Notes: generated from the sequence alone by a model not told the origin. DNA of 64,000 nucleotides from Phoronis australis (GCA_002633005.1 NMRA01000621.1:136288-200287); one strand, 5' to 3'. Counted from the first letter of the stretch, positions 12,301 to 26,095 are shown. Numbers and translations are program-made.

Positions 12301-13426
12301 TGGCAATACATCTGTCAAAAACCGTTTCGACAGCGAGATATGAGTAAACTCCTAAGTGTGTGATTTTAAACTATATCGAGGGGTATTTCGGTAATATGAC
12401 GATCATCTTGAGTCATCCCGTTTCACACAATGGTGGCGGTCGAATGTTTTGATTTAATTTTGCGACGCGTCACAAAAATCAAGTCGTAAAATTAGGCAAG
12501 TTTACATTTCTTGTTTTTAATGTTTTACTGTGGCCGGAATGGACCTCATAGGTGTCTTCGTGGTTTAAAATAAACCGCTTCGTTCTTATTTTATCTTACT
12601 TTGAACTAAAGTTGGCCATTTTGAGGCTTTGAAGCAACGCTCAGTATAACTTTGATTACATCGGGGGGGGGGGGNNNNNNNNNNNNNNGGGGGGGGGGGG
12701 TGTTTATACCTCATAACGTGTTCAAGCGTTTCTTATGTTTTTCTAACTTGAAAGTACCAGTAGTGCTTATATTTTTCTATTTTCAGGTTTCTAACTCGAT
12801 CGTTCCATTTACATGGGTTTTCTACTCTCATTGTTTGTCATAAATGAATCCGATCTTAGTTTCTTCATTCATTTTGGAATGAGTTACTTTTCACTGGTCT
12901 ATGTCTAATACGTAGCCATAAACTTTGTAGTCATTATTTGAGACTTAATTTTTATTCTTATTTATATTTTTAGTATTGGTTAACTTGACTAAGATTTATT
13001 TTCCTCTCATATTTTTACCATTGGTTTTACGCAGTCAACTGTTTCCTGCAATATTGTTGCATGCATTAGCCGTGTGTCTGCGTCAATTCATTTAGAACGT
13101 ATTCCGCTGTTGACTAATTGTGACCAATGAATCGTTAACGCTGCAATGAACCCTGGTCAGATGGTTAGATGGTCACGAGGTGCATATGCACTTGTGTTTA
13201 CCCTTCCACTTCTCATCGCGTTCTTTTCCTTTATTTGAATTGAAATTGGTTACGGTTACAATAAACCACCAGGAATTCCCCTGAAGGCCAAACTGCCTTG
13301 TCGAATGAAACTAACCCGGCGTGACAAGCAATTCCATGACTCTGGTCTGAAGCAGTAACGACCCGACAACTTTTCTCGAATTTACAAATCAGCTCTGTTC
13401 TAAGTAAGGAACACGGTGACACCAAT

Positions 13427-13673
13427 GGCCCGAACCAAGAAACTGACTTAAGTTCGTTTTTTACCTAAGTCTAAGATTTGTCTCAACTTCCAAACTTTGA
13501 AATTTCCATAACCGTAAAGTTAGTCGCACTTAAGGCAAAATTTAAGTCAAGAACTTACGTCAAACTTACGATGACTTTCTTGGAACGGATTTAAAACAAA
13601 TTGAAGTTTTATTTAAAAATTGACTTAAATTCAAGATTTGTCTTAGCTAAGTCAGTTTTCTTGGAACGGGCCC
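13427..13673. mobile_element. About 250-bp MITE with terminal inverted repeats (possibly PIF/Harbinger-like)
   Basis: Left end GGCCCGAACCAAGAAACTGACTTA and right end TAAGTCAGTTTTCTTGGAACGGGCC. Internal sub-repeats of cttaag / ttcttggaacgg. Confidence 0.75.
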
Positions 13674-14562
13674 CAATTTCGTAACAGTGAGTGGCCTAAA
13701 TCAAAAGTTGAATTTTGACAAAAGGCAATAAATGTTCTGTTGAAGTAAATAGTTTTTAACGGTTTGAAAAGGATTTGCCCAGTGTATTGAAGTCTGGTTA
13801 CATTGTGGATGAATTTCATATGAGATTTCAAAAGTCAAAACATCTCCGACAGAGTGAATCTCTGTAATTAATTCGCGGTGTTTTTCAGACAAAAAATAGA
13901 AACGAAAAGGGCTGTATTTAAAATAATGAGAAGTAAAAAACGCGAATGTAATTTTTAGAATTTAAAACCCTTTAAATATCGTTACGAGCGCCAAAAGATG
14001 TTTGTCTTACAAGAGACGGTCTTTATGACACTTGGGTCATTAACGAGTCAAAATGAACGAATTTTTTTACTTCAGGTTATTTTAGACATGTGATAGTCTC
14101 CCTGTCGCTTCAGCTATGCCAGTCAAATTAACCCTGACACTTTCATGCGATTGTCGTAGCAAAAGGGTTGGCTGTCGCAAACAGTAAATGAACAAGGTTT
14201 AGCGAGTAAATCGCTAATTTAAAATTATTTGTAAGTCGAGGAATGATCCGGTTGACAACGTGGGTGTTTTTATGGTCATGTTTCGACAGTGCTTCACCAC
14301 TTGAGCGTCATAGGTATTATGCTGAAATTGAATTCTTCTATCGTTAAAATCTAATTTTTGCCAACTGTAAAAGGAACTTAACGATTCGTGAAAATTTCAA
14401 CGAATCGTTTTGTTTTGATATTCGTTTAGATATTTGCTAAGTAATGCAGTCATTACAAGCTTGCATACGATTCGATCACTTACAAAGCCAAAGCCCGAGG
14501 ATTCGGCGATTTTATTGCTCTGAAATTCTGTAACTTTCACCATTTTATGTTCTAAAATTTCC

Positions 14563-14634
14563 CCCACTGATCGTACAGGCCCACTGATCGTACAGGCCCA
14601 CTGATCGTACAGGCCCACTGATCGTACAGGCCCA
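14563..14634. repeat. 17-bp tandem repeat, 4 copies
   Basis: cccactgatcgtacagg units. Confidence 0.92.
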
Positions 14635-15616
14635 CGAGATTATAGTCAATAATTATAAAATGCCCTAAAGCTACGTCAGCATTTCCTGTCGAGTTATACT
14701 CGTTCATTGTACCAACGGACAGTTTTAACAGTTGTTGCATATTAAAAGTGTATCATGTATGAAAACATCGTGTATACACATATCTTACGTTAACTGTGTT
14801 TGTGCTTCAGAAAGGACTGTTGAACACATGAGAAAATAATTATAACCGGGGTCATTCGGTGCAAACATACAATTCAGATATTCCTCTAGCACATAGTCGA
14901 GTCAAAACGCAGTTCTGGTTACATTTACTTTCAGATGCAGCTGGGATGAGACTAACAGCATGACGTCACGTGTTGTCGAGTGGATATTTTGAATCTACTC
15001 CAAAGTTTCCCACACTGCTAACTGGCAAAACCGAATACTTTTGACTTTTGAAAATTATCATTGACTGTTTATAAAATTTCTTCTATAAATTTTGAATTCC
15101 TTTTATCCGACAACAAATGTAAACACGTAATGAGATAACACAAGTGTCATAATTATGGATAAATGAATCAATAAACATACACAGAGTACAACCATAGAAA
15201 AAAAACGTTTTAGAAGTTGCCTCGTTTCGCGACTCGATTTTTGTGACGCGCAGCAAAATTAAATTAAAACAGTAGTTACTAGCCATTAAGTAAGTAAAAC
15301 AAGATGTCCGCGATAAGCGACACACCTTAACAGTAGTTTGTCTCATTTCACACTTTCAAATTTATACAAAGTCTCATTCAGCATAAGAGTAAAAAAACAT
15401 GGCGATGTCGACATTTCTAGACAAAGTCATTATTCGCCATCTTCTCAGTACGATATCAATGTGATATTTTCTAAAAATGCCATTTTGTACCGTTGTGCGA
15501 AAATGTCGTGCGTTTACTATATTGGTAACATCGGAAAATCAATGATCAATCGGCGGTCTCGAGATCTCATCTCAAAACGCCTCTACACTCCCGAGACGAG
15601 AACGTCAATTCTCCCT

Positions 15617-15710
15617 TAGTTAGCAGTGTGCGCATGTTATGAAACATTAGTTAGCAGTGTGCGCATGTTATGAAACAATATTTAGCAGTGTGCGCCTGTT
15701 ATGAAACATT
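15617..15710. repeat. About 31-bp tandem repeat, 3 copies
   Basis: ttagcagtgtgcgcatgttatgaaaca units. Confidence 0.9.
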
Positions 15711-16168
15711 ATTTGCTGAAGTTTCCATTATTTACAAGAAGATAATCAGTCACTGAAAGTGAACATTTTGGCAATTATTTTTGTGTGAAATAGTGAAAAC
15801 TTACCGTAAACCGAATTGCTATCACAGGATACCAAGTGCAACAAGATCCACCGTCATTTTGGATTAATTTCTAACAAATTTGTATCAACTTCCCTCAAAG
15901 TAACCAACTCTTTTGAATTTGGCAAAAAAGTTCTTAGTGACAAAAAGTAAATCAAGTCTTGAAGCTAACATTAGAAAAGAAAACCCAGCTCTAGACACTT
16001 CACATTTCTAAATTAACGCCGACGTCTAACATTTTGTAACGTACAAGTTCCTCCAACAAATAAATTTCCTCCTTAATTTACCTCAAATGTTACACTAATA
16101 CGCACGTGTTGGACTAAGTCAGCACGTTTACGATAAAGTGAGCAAAGAATAGCGAGAATATACGAGAT

Positions 16169-16191
16169 TTTATTCACCAATGCTTTTTATT
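16169..16191 (-). terminator. Candidate polyadenylation signals of the RhoGAP gene (implies a 3' UTR of about 1.8 kb)
   Basis: Two minus-strand AATAAA at 16186-16191 and 16169-16174, downstream of the stop at 17967. Position only; no transcript evidence. Confidence 0.3.
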
Positions 16192-17174
16192 ACAGCTTAA
16201 AAAATCACAGGCAAGCTTGCACATTACAGGTATGTACAATATTGAAGTTGAATACGACTATGATACAACAATGAGATAAATGAATACACAGAAGAAATTA
16301 TAAACAGAATGACGTATGATGACATCAAATAAATAATATTAAAAAGCCCGCTCCAACGAGCTTTTGATAAAATGCCATAGCAACCACTTTGTTGCTTTAC
16401 CTAACGTGTCCATTATCACACAAGTCCCATATTCGAACGCAAACGTTTCGACTGCAGCCAAACCGAAAGTATATAAATTTTAATTTAAACAAAAACGTGA
16501 ACAAGCATGGCAGATTATACTTTCCTCAAATGACCCGCACTTACGCCAAGTCCAGAAATATAAAAGGATACTAAACCCCGTTTTAACTCAGACACCAACC
16601 AAGACTAAACCCCCGGACGTTCAGAAAATAAATACCAAGGTGCTGCCTTCTATGTTTGCCTTCTCTGTGTTGCATTCTATGTTTGAACATTCTTTACCAA
16701 GCGTGACTAACGGTTTGGGGCTCAACATCACGTGACCCACCTGAACCTCACAAGATCCACTAGGTGGCACAGTGAGCACGTGATTTTAGTCGAATAATGC
16801 TTCTATATGTCTACTTGCGCAATAGCGAGTGAAAGGACCAACTTGGGATGAAATCATTAAGACAGAGTTTAGTATCCTTTTAAAGGCAACACAGAACGAT
16901 ACACTTTGGGACATCGTCAAAAAATAGTTTTTCTTTAACTGTCTGCAAACACCGCCACTTGATCGAATAGGAATTCTGAAAATCAGCATTAGTTTCATAT
17001 TTAGAAAATTTCCGCCAAAAAGTCTGGAAACAGGGGTGCAGAGAAAGTGAACCATACCGGGGATATTCAAATATAGTTTCAAAAGTTTCGAGATTGTAGC
17101 AAAAAGTGATTATTTTTTACTTTTGAACTTAAGTAAAGAAGCACTTTTTTGCGGCAATTTGTACCACTTGTAAG

Positions 17175-17300
17175 TGGTGTTTACATGTAAAAGGAGTCAA
17201 TTGTAAACACAGCATGATTTTAATGTTTACATGTAAAAGGAGTCAATTGTAAACACAGTGGTGTTTACATGGAGTCAATTGTAAACACAGCATGATTGTA
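17175..17300. repeat. Imperfect tandem repeat, 3 copies, each with internal dyad symmetry
   Basis: tgtttaca(tgtaaaaggagtcaat)tgtaaaca units. Confidence 0.8.
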
Positions 17301-17966
17301 AACTCCATAGAAAGAAATGTGCTCCTCAGACAAGCCAATCAGACAAACCAAAGTTGAAGTTTCTAACGGCATGGCACTTTCAAGATAACGATGGACACGC
17401 CACCTATCGAGCATTGGAAACCTGGCATGAAAAAATTGGCGTTGCAGGAAAATTCAAAATGAAGAAAAGTGCACCAAAATCAGTAACTAAAATTTCTATA
17501 TCAGTGATATGCTGGCTACCTCTTACCGCCCTCAAATCACGCCCCAGACTTTTAGCCCGGAGAGCTTCAGTTATCCCATAAGCATATCAAAGGTTTCATT
17601 ATGGTTAACCAGCTATACATGGGCTCAGCTAATGGGCATGGTATCTATTAGCAACAAAAATGGAGACTCCGAAGGCATACTTCCACATCTTTGGGCAATC
17701 ACGTACTAGTAAGTGGTTGCTATTTTGCCACTGATAAATAAGTACATTATGGAACTTGACATTAACTTAAATGATGACGGAAACAAATGATTTCTGGTCA
17801 CTTTAAAAACCCTTTGGCACTTAGTTAAAACAGGAAAAAGATACATCAGTACTGGCAAGATTTGTGTGCTAGGCAATATTTGACAATTTGGTTTAATTTT
17901 GAATTTACAAAAACATAAAATGACAAATTAAACTTTAATGGATGTGTTAAAACTAACAGGGTGTTG

Positions 17967-20791
17967 TCATAAAATGGCGGTCCAGGGCTGACTGAGTTTA
18001 GGTGGCTGTGACTGTCTACTTTGTGTCCCCTCATTCGTTTCGAACTTTGACCTCAGTTCTTTGAAGCTTCCTTTACGGCCAGTGCTTAGAGGACCCTTTC
18101 TACGGCGTTCCACGTTTGGTTGTTTCATTAGGTCGAATGCCGACTGAAGGAGTTCGCTTTCCTCACTATTGACAGAGGCCCTGGAATCCTTGTATCGCTC
18201 TTGTGGAGGAACATACGAATCAGCATGATGTGGTCGGTGCTTTGCAGAACGGCCAAACTCTACAGAACTCTTGGGCCTGTCGGGAACATTCAAAATTTCT
18301 TTTTCTTTCTGTGATGACGACCGCCCAGTCACAACAAATGTTGTCCTCGACTGAGAAACTGGTGGCGACTTACATTGGACAGCGAAGGAGCTAAAAGTGT
18401 CCTGCAAAGGAGGTGACAAACGTGCTGCTGACTTCGCAGTGACAGGCAGGCAGGTCGGTCGCGTCGCAGCTTTCACTGGATACACCAATGCCTCGGACAC
18501 CTTCGGCGTTTGAACGACTCTTCTAGGGGTCGGCGGGCGCGGCTCAACAGTCTTGGAATCCTCATGAACAGACTTGACTTCGGCTACATGATGATCGTTA
18601 GAAAGTCTTCGCACTGAGATCTCAACATGGCAGGGGTTATCTAAGGTGGAGGGTTTTGCTGCCTCCTGGTGGGGAGAGAAGCACGCAAAGGCATCCGTGG
18701 GTGGCGCTTCTGTACTGGAATCAATCTCGATGGACAGCTCATGGACAGGTGTTGCTACCTGAGGTACAGGCGTGACAACAAACTCAGCATGCGTCACTTG
18801 AACAACGTCCGCCTGGGGCTCTGGAGGTTGATCCAACTCCGACGCTGACTCGGTTTCAGACTGTTCGCTGTTGCTTCCGTCTTGATCATCGTCGTTGTTA
18901 TCATCATCGGCATCACTGTCGCGAGCATCATGTCCAGGCTCCCAAAGTGTTTCTGTCTTTCCAAGGGACTGGATGAGCTTGGCATCTTTTGTCACTTCGT
19001 CATCACTCAGGCTACCACAGACACTAAACGGCGTGGTAACACCTCCCTCTGCTGCTAGCACCACGTCACTATGACCACCAACACCACTGGCCCCAACAAA
19101 CTGTTGGCAGCTTTCCTGGATGCTAGATTCCTTCCTGCCAACACTCTCTGAGTCAACATTTACCTCTGGTAAATCAGTCTGTGAATTTTCCATAGGATCA
19201 CTCAGGTGATTGGAATTGGAATCGTCAGTAACTATTGCTCGACCATGAACAATGTGCGACATCAAGTCATTGAGATTTGATTGTTCAAACATTCCAGAAA
19301 CCTCTGTAGCAACTGGCTCCCTCGTTTCTAGAGGGTATACGTAAACGCTTTCCGATATCGACGAATCATTTTGATTCTTCATAGTCGCTTTCGCTTCCTG
19401 CTCATCAGTCAGCTTCTCACAATCCTCAACGAAATCTGACTGTTTAGAATCTCTATCGAGCGGTTGCTCTACATTCCACGACGGGCAGAAGACAGAGAAC
19501 GCATCGCTAACGTCACGTGACTCGTGATCCACATGTGGTTTTGCCTCTGCAAGCATCATAACTTGCTGCTCGGATTTGTGGGCGGTGTTGAACGAGGGAG
19601 AGACGATCTCCGCCTGTAGGCTCACCGGTGAATCATCTTCATTCAAACTATCGGCACTCTCAGAGAACATGTCCAGTTCCTTCATGAGTGAAGCGCGTAG
19701 TCCGGCCAGCTGTTTATTGACATGCGAATCGTCATGAATGTCAGTTGGTAGGTAACGCGTGAAGCTCGACTGAGCCGAGGCTGTGTCGGAGTCATCAGAA
19801 TCATCCGTGCACGGAGCTTTCAATGTGTGTACAGAGGCAGTCTCTGAACAACTGTCATCAGCTGCCATATTCAGCAGATCCAAGAAAGTCGGCGCCGAGT
19901 GGCACTCGCGATTCGAAGTGTACAAGTCAGAAATGGACGAGATGGAATCCGTGTCGTCGCTGAAGCTGGACCGAGCCAGAGTCTGGTCACCAAGGAGAAG
20001 ATTAGGACTGCTGCGAGGAACATTCGTTACTACAATGGCAGGTTTCTCAGCGTTGGAAAAGCTCATCACCCTCGACACCCTAGCGTTGGATGCCTGTCTT
20101 GTCAACAGCATCTGCTCATCGGCGCCCATGCCAGGGAAAAGCCTCTCATCTTCCGGTGTCACCACAAAGTCTCCCAGCGTGTCTACAGTGTGAGCACGCG
20201 GTCGTCTTACAGGCTCCTCTTCAAAAACATCACAACCCTCTTCCTCCATTGTAGCCACACCGCGAAATGCTTCACCATCATCAGACATTGAACCATCTCG
20301 ATCAGAAAACCGACGCACCACCCTGCGGCGTGCTCCCGGACTCTCCTGCAGCTCCAATGGTGTCAGTCGCCCTGGCGACGACTCGTCTTGCGCCACGTAC
20401 CGTATGCTCTGCTTCCCGTTGGCACCATGCTCCACCCTTCCAGAGTCGGACATTGCTTCTTTCGCTGCTGAGGCGTCCGATTGTGTTTTTGAGGCGGCAC
20501 GTCGCTTGCTGGCGGGGGACTGGGTCTTCATCTTCTTTCTCGGTGACTTCGGAGAAATTGCTTTTGCTATTTTTGCGCGAATAGACGAGCGGTTGGAGTC
20601 AGTGCGGTCAAGTGCATTGGGAGGGGTCTGCTCACTTGTTACAATATAAAACTTGCTGGTGTCTGTCGACTGGCTCGACGAGCAAGAAGCAATGTTGTCG
20701 TCAAGGCTGTCGTAGAACTTGGATGTGGACCTCTGACCTCGATCGGTCTCGGCGAAGTCAGTATAGAAAGTCGTCGGAGAGTTCATCGGGC
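17967..20791 (-). CDS. RhoGAP (ARHGAP30-33/CdGAP family) giant terminal exon encoding a Ser/Asp/Glu/Pro-rich disordered tail of about 940 aa
   Basis: 2.8-kb stop-free frame with elevated GC. Acceptor ttctttgtttgcag|GC (phase 1) is compatible with the upstream exon. A long disordered tail in a large last exon is typical of this family. Confidence 0.88.
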
Positions 20792-21977
20792 CTGCAAACA
20801 AAGAAAATGGGGTGTCAGTTAAACAGGCAAGAAAATTCACTTTTGTGTTTTGATCTATCAAGTCGACCAACAAACCAAATATTTAGTTTTAATGAGATGA
20901 CAATTACACTGCAGTGACAAATTACTCAACATATTTCAAGCAATAATGACATGTACAATCATAAATTAAGTCACATGACGACCACATGACGACCACATTT
21001 ATTGTTATTTGCAAGAATACTAACAACATTTCTGGTCACTATGAAATCAAGGCTGTGTAACATATTTTAAAGATTTGCAAAAGTACAGAGAAAAAGAATT
21101 TATGGTTCCTGTCAAGCACGCTCATCAACTGGTGACCATCACCATGGAAACATAAACATAAACTCACAAGACACACTCAATCTGACAAAAGGACAATTAA
21201 TATATCATAAAATTTACCAGGGAAGACAACAGGAACATAAGTTTTCTAATGGCATGTTGACTCAAAGTGACAAAGACGAAGTCGGGTAACAGTTCTCAAC
21301 CCAGATGTTGATGAACTATCAGGGTGAGTGATACCATATGTGCCCGGGTTCTCTGCGTGCAACTTGGCATAAGCAGGGAAAGTGAGACGTACTTCAGGGG
21401 TAGAAAGAAGGGGTGCAGAGAGAGTGAGGGTTGTGTTGTACGGAAGCCCGCAACACCACAATGTTACAGAAACCAAAACTAATCCAGGCAAAACCAAGAA
21501 CAGCCCACTATTTATGAAGTAGAGGTCCATAAAGTGGGAAAGTTGATATACTCATTCAACCTGGTCAGTCAACAGGTTAAACGCTGAATTTAGTTTTCTT
21601 AATCACCACAGATGGCATGAAGGGAATGAGCAAAATCTTGGAATCTCACCTATTGAACAACCTCAGCCACTAACGGGGTGACAGAAAAAACATAAGTCAG
21701 TATTGTTTACATTGCACGAGCCATTATGATCCACTGACATGTGTAACTATACGGTGCCACTGAGACTCAGACCCAGTGCTGACCAATTCCCAGAACATCT
21801 ACTCCAAAAAATCAATGATTGTAAATTCAATCAAGCCAAAGTTTTGCTTAAGTTTCACGACACGTTCACGCACTCATTAAATGACTTCAATGAAACACTG
21901 TCAGGTACTAACTGAAGTGATGCCTCACTCAATACTCTGTGTTGACAAGGTGACTGAGAAAAATGAAGCTCAACTGA

Positions 21978-22226
21978 TTAATATCAAGGAGACAGAGTAG
22001 TACGTCACACACACAAATGTCAACCGTTAATATCAAGGAGACAGAGTAGTACGTCACACACACAAATGTCAACCGTTAATATCAAGGAGACAGAGTAGTA
22101 CGTCACACACACAAATGTCAACCGTTAATATCAAGGAGACAGAGTAGTACGTCACACACACAAATGTCAACCGTTAATATCAAGGAGACAGAGTAGTATG
22201 TCACACACACAAATGTCACCCGTTAA
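21978..22226. repeat. 49-bp minisatellite, 5 copies (intronic)
   Basis: ttaatatcaaggagacagagtagtacgtcacacacacaaatgtcaaccg, nearly perfect copies. Confidence 0.95.
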
Positions 22227-23200
22227 TCAAATAATATCACACATAATTATGTTATAATTCAATGGCCAATGAGAAAACATTATGCAGAATTGAATACCAC
22301 ACTTCTTAAAAAATTACTAATTTGATAATGAAATATCAAAAAAATAAGAAGCATCATACTGAATTTATCGGAAACCACTGACACACACGACAATGTTATA
22401 ATTCCACGATATCACACCCAGTCGTGCTAAGACAACCCAATATCACACACAGTCGTTGCACTGCGTAGTGATACAGTGGCATTGGTGTCGTAGTGCGGCT
22501 CCATCACTAAGTTACACAGCACGACACACAGAAGATCGTGTTAACTGCCAGTTACCTGGGTCCGTATGTGAATTCTACCAAGACACAAAACAGTGTTTAA
22601 CGAAAAGTGTTGCAAATCCAGAAGACTCAAACTCTAAAATTAGTGGGAGTTAAGCTGTAGAGAAAAGAGAACGTTTCTCTTGTTTTGAAAAACCACGGTT
22701 AATTAATGAATTTTTGGTCACTTCTAACGAGGACGTGTCAAATTGACAAGACACATTACACAGTCATGCTTGTTACGTTTAAGTACAGAAACACACAAAT
22801 ACAACCAAGGCAGGAAATGAATGATAAACTCTGCCACTTGATAGAACTTTCAAATCAAATATATTGGGAGCTTTTAAGCAGTAATTTCCAATTAAAAAAT
22901 CTTTTTCAAAATTTAAGACAGTTCAGAACTACAGTGATGTATAAACAATACGTGATGAGTCAAATCAAATTGAATTCTATCTTTTTAGCAAAATACACAT
23001 TCCACTGTGATCAGGCTCAGAATATCTTTTAATTATGCATCTGCCATAGAAGCAGCATGCTTCAAGAAAAACTTGTGCGAGAATTTAACTTTCATTTCCA
23101 CCATCAAGGTGTTCTTTGCCAGAAAAACAGACAAACATGGCTTCTCTCACACACACAGGGTGTTCAAACAACTCGCGCACCAGAGATGCACGACACATAC

Positions 23201-23320
23201 CAAAGTTGTTCTCTTCAAAGAACGATTCGTGCGACGATGCCCGGGTCAAGGGGGAAGGTGCAGACGCCACAGGGGTCAGCCTGGGTTCAGACGAGGGGTC
23301 GATGATGACGGGTGAGATGT
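23201..23320 (-). CDS. RhoGAP family internal exon (DISPVIIDPSSEPRLTPVASAPSPLTRASSHESFFEENNF)
   Basis: Acceptor ttctctgttccag|AC at 23320, with an alternative in-frame acceptor at 23404. Donor TTTG|GTATGT at 23201. Phase 1 at both ends. Confidence 0.75.
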
Positions 23321-23773
23321 CTGGAACAGAGAACTCGCCAATCAACAAAGAGACATGAGGAACAAACGATAATGATTTTGACGTCACAGCAGGGGAGCCG
23401 GTAACTGAATAAAACAGACAAAACTCCATGCCATGTACCGTGTGTGCATGTATTTAGGCTCATGTGCATTGACCGAGTAAATACAAGAAGCAACATCATA
23501 CCGCCTGAATGAAGAAGCACTCTTCCTGTAGATTACAGTTATGTGGGATCTTACTCACAAGTATGAGTATTAAGGAAATTTCTCGGAAAAGTAGACATTT
23601 TCTCAATTTTTTACTTTAAAAAAAATCTGCTATTAATTGGGTCATGTGACTGTCTTTTTATTAAAAAGAAGCAAAAATGTAGATTCATAGGAAAACATCG
23701 TCATCAATAACAACGTGACCAGATTTTGTTTTGTAAAAATGGTAAAGATGAAATGTCGAAAACGCCGTGTTAC

Positions 23774-23971
23774 AGTGTTGTATGAGTCCAATCAGCGCAT
23801 AAACTATAGTGTCTCAAAGTGTTGTATGAGTCCAATCAGCGCATAAACTATAGTGTCTCAAAGTGTTGTATGAGTCCAATCAGCGCATAAACTATAGTGT
23901 CTCAAAGTGTTGTATGAGTCCAATCAGTGCATAAACTATAGTGTCTCAAAGTGTTGTATGAGTCCAATCAG
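23774..23971. repeat. 44-bp minisatellite, about 4.5 copies (intronic)
   Basis: agtgttgtatgagtccaatcagcgcataaactatagtgtctcaa units. Confidence 0.95.
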
Positions 23972-25153
23972 CCATTCCTGAGACATGATGTTGCGAAATT
24001 TGCCATATACGCACATTTTTGTAGGGTTTTACATATTAAGCTTAAGATGCAGATTCACAGACAACATAAATGAAGGAACAAATAGAAGATGCACAGCAAA
24101 CGTGCGGGTTTGCGAAACAGTTGAGCAAAAATTAGCATTTTTAGAAAAAATATAATTCCAGATAAATACTATGCGTAGATGGTACATGAACACAGTCAGA
24201 TAACTGCAACAGAATGCACAAGCATCACGTACGGCGTTGAACACTGCTAGCATTCACATCAAAACAAAAACGATGGCAATACCACACTGTAGAATAACAT
24301 CAACAAGAGTCAGCACTAAACACCACTTGGGCGTAAATCAAAATGAAAATCAAAATGAACATTGTTTCCGCCCTTGTGCGATCAACTTTAAAATATGTGG
24401 CGACTTAAAATTTTTTTCCGGCCATGTGACAAAATATTTGTTTCAGTTACAAAAACGAGATACTTTTGCAGCAAACTTGAGAACCGCAAAAAATGAAAAG
24501 TGGGAAATGAAATACTTTAACCCACGCTTATTGCACGATTGGAGAAAATGTGAGCAAGCACATGTGGTAAGCTACTCGTAGTCTGGACATAAGGGCACTG
24601 AATTTGAAGTGTTGAACATTAATAATTTAAAGAACACGCAGCATGTGTGTGAGGTCGGCCACTCATTTTTAGAATCATTTAAGGTATTAGTTGTGTAAAG
24701 TTTCCTTATTTGCTATATAAATAATATAATTCTTAATGACATTATTACTGTTCGTGTTGTCTCCAAATAAACATAGCAACACAGCCCATCTCAGAGGAGT
24801 GAGGATAGTGCATTAAGGGGAAACAAAAAGTATGACAAAGGTAGCCCAACTTGTAAAAGCACCCAATTTAACTAATCACCTGTTCGCACATTATTTCCAA
24901 AAGGAGGTAAACTGGGTTTTAACCCTTAGACCCTGTCATAGCAAGCTGACTAGTGTGACAGGCTTTACAAGCAGTGATGATCAACACAACCCCCAATAAA
25001 GTGTAAACACCATTCCAGCGCATCTCAAGTACAAGCCAAAAGTATTCAGATGAAACGATCTAGAATATTCCCTTCATGACAGCTGGGTGGAAGCCGTAGT
25101 CATCGCCAGAGTTGTCTTCTCGACCGAAAATGATGTGGAATGCACAGTAAATT

Positions 25154-25288
25154 TAGTAAGATGGCTCAGCCATTTTGTAAACAGTTAGTAAGATGGCTCA
25201 GCCATTTTGTAAACAGTTAGTAAGATGGCTCAGTCATTTTGTAAACAGTTAGTAAGATGGCTCCGCCATTTTGTAAACAGTTAGTAAG
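25154..25288. repeat. 32-bp minisatellite, about 4 copies (intronic)
   Basis: tagtaagatggctcagccattttgtaaacagt units. Confidence 0.93.
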
Positions 25289-25948
25289 GTGGCTCAGCCA
25301 TTTTGTAAAATAGAATTTTGCCAGCCTACCTTATTACTGGTTATTTTTCTGCTAACAAAATCCACCATCGCCATGGTGACGGTAAAACGGTTATATTATT
25401 TGATAACTTTCGTCTTGTACTGTAATTGCACATATTGTCCATCTCACACTGGTTTTACATTCGTGACCTGAACTGTCATGGAGTCCATTTAAAACATCAC
25501 AGACAACTGCTATCTAAGTATTATGATAGTCACTGCTTTCAGTCTTGTTCTTCCAACACAAGGCAACATGGGAGGCAACAACCACATTAAAAACACTGCA
25601 AGGCAAAGGATGCAGTGATCAAGTACTGAGTCCCTCACATGAAAAGCGACACAAGGCTTGGTCGGAAATTCTGTTTAACGCACCTACTTCACAACTAAGA
25701 AATTCAGTTTTTTCCCTACAAGTGTTAGCAATTGGCTAGTAACGATTTTTAGGATTAGCAAGTAATAATTCTTATCTTCTCAGAGAATTAGTACTTTGTT
25801 GAAGTGAGTGAGGTTGAATTATTTATAGAAATAGTTGTAGGGAGCACAAAATGAAGTTTCTGACCAAAGCCTTTAGCCAATTTTCATGAAACCGATCGCA
25901 GACATTCAAAGAGAACTATTGACTGTAGCCACACTGATGGAGACTCAC

Positions 25949-26095
25949 CCCCAGCGTAGGGGTTAGGTATGGTGATGCTAACCCCCGACGAGCGCTTGTT
26001 ATTCATAATCAGTAAAGACTCGGCACTCTTGGCGTGATGCATCCGTCTGGCGACTGGTTCTGATTCAGGTGGACTCTTTGACTCATGCTTAGACA
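25949..26095 (-). CDS. RhoGAP family internal exon (SKHESKSPPESEPVARRMHHAKSAESLLIMNNKRSSGVSITIPNPYAG)
   Basis: Acceptor cttttgtcctttgtag|TG and donor GGG G|GTGAGT, phase 1/1. AKSAESL resembles the conserved AKSEESL motif of ARHGAP32/33. Confidence 0.8.

Noticed and set aside
18203-20917. Plus-strand ORFs overlapping the large RhoGAP exon
   Set aside because: Antisense shadows of a GC-richer coding exon with no recognisable motifs.
21978-25290. Regular repeats superficially like CRISPR arrays
   Set aside because: Head-to-tail units without unique spacers, no cas genes, and a eukaryotic intronic context.
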